Source: Planctomycetota bacterium (GTDB lineage: Bacteria; Planctomycetota; UBA11346). From it: a DNA stretch of 64,000 nt. Under the pieces are notes generated by a model that saw only the letters and a list, made by a program, of their open reading frames with translations, was not told the DNA's origin and did no database searches. This document shows, one piece after another, positions 52,647 through 59,838 of the stretch. Where the stretch lies: positions 2,718 through 66,717 of the forward strand of contig JBIILZ010000005.1 in assembly GCA_044338255.1 (NCBI GenBank). Direction: 5' to 3'. Position 1 is the stretch's first letter, and the number at the start of each line of letters is the position of its first letter. The position numbers and the translations under genes are program-made.

Positions 52647-55304
52647 ATGTCTGCGCTCATCGTCATCCGGCCTGCAGCCCTTGCTCTTCTCACTCAACGC
52701 TGTGCGACGGCGATCAGCGCCGCTCCGCACCTGGCGGCGGTGGTCGAGCAGGTGCTGCTGCCAGTGCGTACGCTGCAGGCCCTCGCCGATCTGGCGGTGC
52801 CCGCCCTCGGTGATGATCCGCCGGCGGCAGAGCGCCTGCGCCTGCTGCTGGCGGCGGTGGCGACACCGTTCGAGATCGATCACGACGCCGCCCAGCAGGC
52901 CCTGGGCACGCCGAAAAAGCTCGCTCCTTCGATGGTCGATGCGAGCGCTGCCGATACCGGTTTCGTGTGGCCGGCCGAGGCCCTGGTCGATCTCGGCGCG
53001 GTGGTGATCCTGGGTCTGGCCTGCATCCGCGCCGGCGCTCCGCTGGGTCTGGGCAGCAGCTTGTTGGGGACCTTGTCGGGATTGGTCTTGGCCACCAGTC
53101 CCGCGGAAGCTGTGTTGCGCTGGCTGCGTCTGGCCACCGATGACACGCATTTCACGACTTTTCTCGCGACTTTTTCCGAGACCGCCGCTGGCCGTAGCGG
53201 ACTCTATCGCACCTTCGCTCGGCAGCTGCTGGTCGATCAGGGGGAGCGGGCGCGGTGGCGCTGCATCTTGGCGCTGTTCGGAAGGAAAGGCCTGCAGGCC
53301 GATGCCCGCACCCAGCAGGGATGGATCGCGGCCCATGCCGACGGTTTGCAAAGCCTGCACGCCGAGGCCGGTGATGATCGTTATCGCTTGGGTGGAAATT
53401 TTCCGCCACGCACCGCCAGCACCGCATCGGGATCGTTGGCGGTTGCCGTGGTCGGGCGTCGTGGGGTCCTGCCCGAGCGCCTGTGGGCCGAGGTCTTGGA
53501 ATGGACCGACCTGAACATCCTCGTGCGCATCTCCGGTGGCATCGCCGGTGGGTGGGTGGGTTTCAGCTCGAGCGGGCTGGTTGATAGCGCCAATAAATTG
53601 CGCCTCGGTTTGCGTGAACGCTGGCGCACTCCACCGCTACCGGGTCTTGAGGATGTGCCGGTGGAATTGATCCCGCTCATCCCGGCGATTCCTCGTCCGG
53701 CGCGAGTTTTGACGGCGCCGCCGCTACAGATCATCGCCGTCACCCAGGAGGGGGTCGACGGGCCGCCATCGTGGCGCGTGGCTCCGGGCGAGCGCGTGCG
53801 CGTGGTGGTCAGCATCAGTTCCGGCGGACAACCGGCATGGGCGTGGATCGATGGCGCGAGCACGGCGCGCAGCCGGGTCGAGAAAGATCGCATCGTACTC
53901 ACCGTACCGGCGGGGCTCGGAAAACCCGGCGCACGGGTGACGGTGAAGCTCGCCGAAGCCCCGGAAGCCGAGGCGGTTGATGAGCAGTCGATCGGCCCCA
54001 TACAGCGCCTGCCGGTACAGCGCGTGGTGCTGATCCTGCCGACGCTCGTGGCCGGCAATGACACCGAGAATCTCGATGATGCGGTGCTGACGCCACGCCG
54101 CGCCGATGCCGCCTTGGCCGCTGCCGCCCGGCGCACGGGCGTCATCATCCAGCGTCAGTGGTTGCCGGCGGTCGATGACGATCTGGCGGTGCTCTATGGC
54201 CCGGTGAATCCACAGGACGGACGTCTCGGCGGCATCCTCTCGGCCCTCCAGCGCACCGCGGTGTGCACGCCAGGCGCAGAGGATGCGCTGTGGCTGGCAT
54301 TGCTGCCCGGTGATGACGCCTGGCAACGCCATCAACCGGCGACCGCGGCGGCGTTGGTGGCGGTGGCGACCGTCGCCGGTCTGGACGAGCTGCTAGCAAG
54401 CGTGCTCGAAAGCGGTGAAGCGCCGATGACCGAGCCGCAGGAGGTCCTGCGCTTGGCCGGTTCCGTCGATCGCCAGGGCGGCATCGCCTGGCAGTCAGTG
54501 CGTCAGGAATCCAGACGTCTGCCAGCGCTGCGGGCATCTCTGGCGAGCGCACCGCTCCATCATCCCTCGCTCATTGCGGCGGTGCTCGATGCCCAGGGTC
54601 GCGTGATCCATGAACAACCGCTGCTGAGCGTGGCGCCCTTGGCCGACGATCATCTGGCGCTGCTGATCCCGCTTCCGACGGCGGCGGTAGCGGTCGAAAT
54701 CCGCCAGCGTTTCACCACCGCCGTGGTCAGCGATCATGATGTCACGGTGGCGCGTGTGGTGCGTCCGACGTCGTCGTTGCAGTTGAGTGCGTCATTGGAT
54801 GGCGACCGCGTGCAGTGGCAGGTCAGCCAAGCCGACGGACTGCCGGAATTCCTGACCTTGGAAGCGGCCTTGGCTGCACCTCAGCAACTGGGCCAGACCG
54901 ACATCGACCAGCCCGCGCCGGAATCATCGTGGACGATCCTCGAGCGCTGGAGCGCCTGCTGCGGCGAACAGCGTCAGCCGCAGTGGTCGCGTTACGCTCT
55001 GCGTGGCGTCTCCGCGCTGCGCCTGGTTGGCGACGATGGTTGGCACAGCGTCGCCGTAAAGCTTTCGGGGCCGCCGCCGAAACCTGCCGAGAGGCTGCGC
55101 ATCCGGCGCATGGCCGATGGCCGGCTGTGGGCGGATGGAACCGGTACGCCAGCGTGGTCTGCCGCCGGTGTGGCTGTTGGAGGTCAGCGGCTGCTGAGCG
55201 TGGAACAGCCGGGGAAGGTCGAACTGCGCATGCGCAGCGGTTCGCGCACGGTGCGCGATCACCTTGCCATCGCCCTGACCGACATGGGAGTCTTCGATGG
55301 CTAA
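52647..55304 (+). CDS. Cluster protein F (885 aa), unknown. Possible TM hairpin near residues 115-160 and a TIG-like beta segment.
   Basis: SD gggag upstream. Hydrophobic GAVVILGLACIRAGAPLGLGSSLLGTLSGLVLAT. ..LQIIAVTQEGVDGPPSWRVAPGERVRVVVSI..RIVLTVPAGLGKPGARVTVKL is beta-sandwich-like. Confidence 0.7.
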   Translation: MSALIVIRPAALALLTQRCATAISAAPHLAAVVEQVLLPVRTLQALADLAVPALGDDPPAAERLRLLLAAVATPFEIDHDAAQQALGTPKKLAPSMVDASAADTGFVWPAEALVDLGAVVILGLACIRAGAPLGLGSSLLGTLSGLVLATSPAEAVLRWLRLATDDTHFTTFLATFSETAAGRSGLYRTFARQLLVDQGERARWRCILALFGRKGLQADARTQQGWIAAHADGLQSLHAEAGDDRYRLGGNFPPRTASTASGSLAVAVVGRRGVLPERLWAEVLEWTDLNILVRISGGIAGGWVGFSSSGLVDSANKLRLGLRERWRTPPLPGLEDVPVELIPLIPAIPRPARVLTAPPLQIIAVTQEGVDGPPSWRVAPGERVRVVVSISSGGQPAWAWIDGASTARSRVEKDRIVLTVPAGLGKPGARVTVKLAEAPEAEAVDEQSIGPIQRLPVQRVVLILPTLVAGNDTENLDDAVLTPRRADAALAAAARRTGVIIQRQWLPAVDDDLAVLYGPVNPQDGRLGGILSALQRTAVCTPGAEDALWLALLPGDDAWQRHQPATAAALVAVATVAGLDELLASVLESGEAPMTEPQEVLRLAGSVDRQGGIAWQSVRQESRRLPALRASLASAPLHHPSLIAAVLDAQGRVIHEQPLLSVAPLADDHLALLIPLPTAAVAVEIRQRFTTAVVSDHDVTVARVVRPTSSLQLSASLDGDRVQWQVSQADGLPEFLTLEAALAAPQQLGQTDIDQPAPESSWTILERWSACCGEQRQPQWSRYALRGVSALRLVGDDGWHSVAVKLSGPPPKPAERLRIRRMADGRLWADGTGTPAWSAAGVAVGGQRLLSVEQPGKVELRMRSGSRTVRDHLAIALTDMGVFDG

Positions 55305-56358
55305 CATCGGGGTGACCGCCGCCCGTCGTAGCTCCGCCAGCAGCCGCGACCCGGCCAACGGCTGGGCCTGCGACCTAGTGGCGGATCTGCGCAGTTTGCT
55401 GATTGGCAACGGCCATGAGTGCGTCGAGACCTCGACGGGGCTTGAGCCCTTGGCCATCCAGCTGCTGATCGGCGTCGAGCCGGCGCGCGCCGATGCGCCG
55501 ATGCGCGCCGATATCGCTATCGCCGATGAGTCGCCGCCCGGCACGCAGGGCAACGATGATGCCAGCTTTGACCTCGCTGCCCGGCTCTACGATATCCTCC
55601 CCGAACTCGGTGCGGAACCGGCCTGGCCGGTGTTGGAAGGCGATATGCAGGCGCATGCCGCCTGCGCCTTGCGCGTGGCGCTGCCTGGCGGAAGCGCAGG
55701 CGATGCCGGTGCCCGCCGGCATTTGGCGCAGCGCGTGGTGGTGGCAGTCGAGGCCCATCTGCAGGCGATGCGTCGGCGGGCCTATGGCTTCCGCATTGCG
55801 GGCGCGGCGCGGCCGCGGATCAATCTACGCTATGAAGTCCCGCTGGTGCCGCAGACCACCGAGATGAGCTGCTGGGCTGCGGCGGCGGCAATGGTCGTCG
55901 GCTGGCGCGATCAGATTGCCGTTGATACCGAGGAGATCGCGCGCGGCACTGGCGGCTGGGAAGCCTATCGCGCCGGCCTGCAGCCTGACGACGTGGTGAC
56001 TTTGGCGCGGGTCTGGGACCTGACCATCGAAGCGCCGCGTACCTACGCCTCGGCCGACCTCGAAACGCTGCTACGCCGCTGCGGTCCACTGTGGGTCGGT
56101 CAGGCCGATCCCGATCTGCACGTCATCTGCGTCGTCGGTGTCAGTGGCGACGGCACCGCCGATGGCACCTTGGTGCAGGTCAACGACCCCTGGCCTCCGG
56201 GACGCGGCGAACGCTACTCGCTGACCCTCGGCGAACTCGCCGGCAACTTCCACACCGCCGCCGCCCTGGTCGGTCTGCACATCCAGATCCTTCATGGCAA
56301 TGGCCGGCGTCAGCGCACGCCCCGGGAGGGCCTGAAGGTGCAGGGCAGCAGAGCATAA
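55297..56358 (+). CDS. Papain-like cysteine peptidase (C70/AvrRpt2-like or C39-like fold) with an unknown 170-aa N-domain
   Basis: ..VPLVPQTTEMSCWAAAAAMVVGW.. (Gln/Cys), ..DLHVICVVGVSGDG.. (His), ..LVQVNDPW.. (Asp/Asn). 8-nt overlap with F. Confidence 0.6.
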   Translation: MANIGVTAARRSSASSRDPANGWACDLVADLRSLLIGNGHECVETSTGLEPLAIQLLIGVEPARADAPMRADIAIADESPPGTQGNDDASFDLAARLYDILPELGAEPAWPVLEGDMQAHAACALRVALPGGSAGDAGARRHLAQRVVVAVEAHLQAMRRRAYGFRIAGAARPRINLRYEVPLVPQTTEMSCWAAAAAMVVGWRDQIAVDTEEIARGTGGWEAYRAGLQPDDVVTLARVWDLTIEAPRTYASADLETLLRRCGPLWVGQADPDLHVICVVGVSGDGTADGTLVQVNDPWPPGRGERYSLTLGELAGNFHTAAALVGLHIQILHGNGRRQRTPREGLKVQGSRA

Positions 56359-56360
56359 GG

Positions 56361-56887
56361 CGTACTCCGCAGATATCCGTCGTGGTCCATGTGCAGCCGC
56401 CTAACCATCGACTCGACCAGCGCCTCACCATAACTCACCAACCATGGCAACTCCGCCAACGGAAAAAACGCCGAGTAACCAACCGACCCGGTTGGTTTTC
56501 GTCGGTGATTTTCTACTGTGGGTAAAGCCACGCGGACCGTCTGACGGTGCGTATGTGGTTCCCCTGGATCCGAAACATCCGCCTGATTCAGGCGGCAAGC
56601 TCGTAGTGTCGGATCGTTCCATTATTGGCGATCGTGCAGCGGACCTGGCTGGCGCAGAACTCCGCGATGGATATCTGCGGAGGTGGCTCTGCCTGGGCAA
56701 AATCAGTCAGCAGACGATTCCTTTTCCCCTGATGCGGGCGATGCTCGTGGTAGGGGCGCAGATACCGGTTCAGGGCACGTTCCAGGCCGCCGCGGCCAAG
56801 GCGCCAACAGCGGCGGAGGCATTCGCTCTTCACCGTGCGGCCCCAGCGCTCCGCAAAGGCATTCAGATTGGGATTGCGGTCTCCAGG
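56361..56887 (-). mobile_element. Truncated, inverted copy of the 3' end of the neighbouring IS (transposase C-terminus plus about 225-bp 3' region and terminal repeat)
   Basis: The reverse complement of 56361-56887 aligns with about 57950-58473. The minus-strand frame encodes ..RSPNLNAFAERWGRTVKSECLRRCWRLGRGGLERALNRYLRPYHEHRPHQGKRNRLL.. The shared terminal sequence cgtactccgcagatatccgtcg starts 2 nt after the cluster's last stop. Confidence 0.8.
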
Positions 56888-56923
56888 TCCGACTCACTCC
56901 GACCAATTTTCCCAAACATAAGC

Positions 56924-56959
56924 AAAATACCGCGTAAAATACCGCGTAAAATGACGCGA
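56924..56959. repeat. 12-bp tandem repeat x3 (aaaataccgcgt / aaaatgacgcga)
   Basis: Read directly. A perfect 11-bp stem hairpin follows at 56957-56983. Confidence 0.95.
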
Positions 56960-57083
56960 CCCATCGGGTCTACCGATGGGTCGATCATGGGTTGTAAAAC
57001 CCGTAGTGGTGGAGCGAGTGGAAATCGGACCAAGAAGTCTCTATGTAAATAAATGTATCACCGATATTTACAATTCTAGGCAG

Positions 57084-58473
57084 CGTATTTCGCAGACTTG
57101 AATGGGAAGCTCCCGCGGGAAGCTTTCCACGCATCATGAAGATGTTGCCCTTCAGCGTCCGCTTGATCGCTGCTGCCATCCTTCACAAGCAGAACCATCT
57201 GCTCATTGCCGAGGTGGCTTATTTGCGCGCCGAGATCGCCTACCTGCGCGATCAATTGCCCAAGGATAGACCGTTGCGTTTCACGGATCGTTGGCGCAAA
57301 CGGCTCGCCAGGGCGGCGGCCGGGGTCGGCTGGAAGCGCTTGGCTGAGATCGCCACCGTGGCCAAGGCCGGTACCATTCGCAACTGGCATCGCCTGATGC
57401 TGAAGGGGAAGCTGGGCATCAGTAAGGCGGGACCCGGCAAGCCGTCGACCAGCGACGAGGTCCAGCAGGTGGTCATCCGGATGGCCACCGAGAATCCGAC
57501 TTGGGGTCATCATTGCATCCAGGGCGAGTTGGCCAAGTTGGGCATCAAGCTCAGTCCGCGCACCATCGCGGTCATCTTGGATCGTCACGGTCTCAAGCCT
57601 GCCCCAGAGCGCGGAACGGATTCGACGTGGAAGACGTTCATCAGCGAGCATATGAACGAACTGGCAGCTACTGATTTTTTCACGGTCGATGTGTGGAGTC
57701 TGCTGGGCAAGACCAGCTATGATGTGCTGTTCGCCATTCATCTGCACACCCGCCGGGTACATATCGTCGGAATCACCGCACACGCCGTTGAGGCCTTCAT
57801 GGTCCAGACGGCGCGCATCCTGACCATGGCCGAGACCGGTTGGTTGACCCAGGTCGGTGCCCGCTACCTGATTCACGATCGAGACGCCAAGTTTTGCGCC
57901 GCCTGGAAGGATGCCCTGGCTACGGGTGGCGTTGAGACAGTGGCCATTCCGCCGCGCAGTCCCAATCTGAATGCCTTCGCCGAGCGCTGGGTTCGCACGG
58001 TGAAGCGCGAATGCATCCGCCGCTGCTGGTGCATCGGTCGGGGCGGCTTGGAGCGTGCCCTGAACCGGTATCTGCTGCACTATCACGAGCAGCGTCCGCA
58101 CCAGGGGAAGGGGAATCGTCTGCTGACTGATTTTGCCCAGGCTGAGCCACCTCCGCAGATATCCATCGCGGACTTCCGAGCCAGTCAGGTCCGCTGTACG
58201 ATCGCCAATAACGGAACGATCCGACACTACGCGCTCGCCGCCTGAACCAGGCGGATGTTTCGGAGCTAGGGGAACCACTGACGCAAAGTCAGACGGTCGG
58301 CGTAACTTTGCCCACCGTTGAAAAACACCGACGAAAACCAATCCAGTCGGTTGGTTACGCGGCATTTTTTCGATGGGTGGAGTTGCCATGGTTGGTGAAA
58401 TATTGTGAACTGCTGGTCGAGTCGATGGCTAGGCGGCGACGGCAAGGACTGCGACGGATATCTGCGGAGTACG
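57084..58473 (+). mobile_element. Insertion sequence (about 1.39 kb) with a single rve/DDE transposase gene. The ends are approximate.
   Basis: The left end cgtatttcgcaga (57084-57096) is an imperfect inverted match to the right end ..tctgcggagtacg (58461-58473). The right-end limit is supported by where homology with the inverted partial copy stops. Confidence 0.6.
57136..58245 (+). CDS. DDE transposase / integrase-core (rve) protein
   Basis: N-terminal leucine-zipper/HTH region, then DDE contexts ATDFF, IHDRDAKF and ..AFAERWVRTVKRE.. with PHQGKGN. Confidence 0.85.
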   Translation: MKMLPFSVRLIAAAILHKQNHLLIAEVAYLRAEIAYLRDQLPKDRPLRFTDRWRKRLARAAAGVGWKRLAEIATVAKAGTIRNWHRLMLKGKLGISKAGPGKPSTSDEVQQVVIRMATENPTWGHHCIQGELAKLGIKLSPRTIAVILDRHGLKPAPERGTDSTWKTFISEHMNELAATDFFTVDVWSLLGKTSYDVLFAIHLHTRRVHIVGITAHAVEAFMVQTARILTMAETGWLTQVGARYLIHDRDAKFCAAWKDALATGGVETVAIPPRSPNLNAFAERWVRTVKRECIRRCWCIGRGGLERALNRYLLHYHEQRPHQGKGNRLLTDFAQAEPPPQISIADFRASQVRCTIANNGTIRHYALAA

Positions 58474-58558
58474 GCTCGCTGATGGTGGGGCTGATGGTGG
58501 GAGTGGGCATGGGTTAATTAGGTATGTACATAAATAAGGAAACGCGTAGACTGCCGGC

Positions 58559-58636
58559 GTGCGAGATAACCAGTTTGAGTGGGACGATGCCAAGGCACCC
58601 GCCCCGTTGCGTCAGCTCTATGAAGAAGGGATGTGA
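58559..58636 (+). pseudogene. Internally deleted BrnT (DUF497) toxin remnant
   Basis: A 25-codon frame (GTG) RDNQFEWDDAKAPAPLRQLYEEGM stop. FEWDxxKA is the canonical BrnT N-terminus and RxxYEE a typical C-terminus. It ends 3 nt before the BrnA start. Confidence 0.5.
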
Positions 58637-58639
58637 ATC

Positions 58640-58981
58640 ATGATTGCCCGCTCTCGTTCTCTGAAATTGATTCCGGTGCCTCCGCTGACCGAGGCGCAGT
58701 CCGCCGCGATGATGCGGCGCATCGCCGCCGCCAAGAAGCACGGCGGTGCCAGCGAGGATCCCGACATCCCCGCGACGGTTCCCGTCGGAGCGGCCGTCAT
58801 CCACGGTCCCGGACGCCGGGGGCGCCCGCGTGCGACCCCGGAAGGTACGCAGCAGGTGACGCTCCGTCTGCCCAAGCAGGTCCTGGCGTACTTCAAGCGT
58901 GGCGGTCGCGGTTGGCAGACGCGTGCGGTGGCGGCTTTGACCGATGCCATGGAGCATCCTTGCAAGAGCGTTCATAAGTGA
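58640..58981 (+). CDS. brnA: BrnA-family antitoxin
   Basis: ..QVTLRLPKQVLAYFKRGGRGWQTRAVAALTDAM.. matches the BrnA_antitoxin pattern (RHH-like C-terminus). Confidence 0.65.
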   Translation: MIARSRSLKLIPVPPLTEAQSAAMMRRIAAAKKHGGASEDPDIPATVPVGAAVIHGPGRRGRPRATPEGTQQVTLRLPKQVLAYFKRGGRGWQTRAVAALTDAMEHPCKSVHK

Positions 58982-59013
58982 CCCCGATACTGTGAGCGTT
59001 CGATGGGCATGGC

Positions 59014-59838
59014 CTATCCGAACGCCAGCTCATTGGCTTCGACCGCATGCATGATGCGTTCGGTGTTGCGGGCGGTCTTCTCCTGCGCCTGCAGGCCGCG
59101 TTCGGCGGCGGTGCCGCCGATGCCCATCTCGCCGATGGCGGCGGTGTTGAAGGCCCCGACCGTGTCGACCTTGAGCTGCACGGTGTTCATGCGCTGGGCG
59201 AGTTCGGCGGACAGTGCCGTGGTATCGAGTTCGGAAGCGGTGGGCGCCGCGCTCCCGGTAGCATCCTCAGCAGCCGGCTTCGTCGTGGTGCGGGCGCGCC
59301 GGACGTCGGCGATCGCGGCGTCTAATTCCGCGCGTTTGGCGGCGATCTCCGCATCGCGTCCGCTCATGCCGTCGGTCATGCGGGCGTTGACCTCGGCGAT
59401 GCGTTGGTCCCACTGACTCTTCAGCTCGGTTACCCGCTGATCGCTCTGCTCGTTGCGACCGGTCCGCTCCTGGTCGATCTGGGTGGTGATGGTCGTTGAG
59501 AGGCCGGCGATGCGCTGCGCGGCCTCCGTATCCAGGGCGCCGACGAGTTCGAGCAGCTCGGCGATCTTGCCGGCAATGGTACTGATCACCGTGGTGAAGC
59601 CCTTGGCGAGGCTACTGATGACCCAATCGATCGCCGCCTGGATGCCGTTGACCGCGTACCAGAAGCCGGTGGTGATGGCGAAGCCGACGTGGAGGAAGAG
59701 CTTCTCCACCCCGCCGGCAAACGCGGCCATGAGGTTCTCCACCCACGCGACTCCCCGGGTCCACTCCAGGCGGATCGCCGCCCACAGGATCGTCACGGCA
59801 CCGATCAGGTCGCCGGCAGACAGGGCTTCGCTTCGTCT
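59014..59838 (-). pseudogene. Phage tail tape-measure-like protein fragment (N-terminally truncated)
   Basis: A hydrophobic glycine-zipper region (FLHVGFAITTGFWYAVNGIQAAIDWVISSLAKGF) is followed by a coiled coil and ..GAFNTAAIGEMGIGGTAAERG... The frame stays open upstream of the first start codon and collides with the recombinase fragment. Confidence 0.45.

Noticed and set aside
6703-56959. Whether any of the many short tandem repeats is a CRISPR array.
   Set aside because: Units are 5-18 bp and directly adjacent, with no spacers. No cas genes are present, and most arrays are in frame within genes.
56444-58389. Two similar ORFs starting MATPP[TI]EK[TM]P..NQPT (56444-57052 on the + strand, 57076-58389 on the - strand).
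   Set aside because: They mirror each other only because the two IS copies are inverted. Both are antisense to the rve transposase frame, which carries the DDE motifs.
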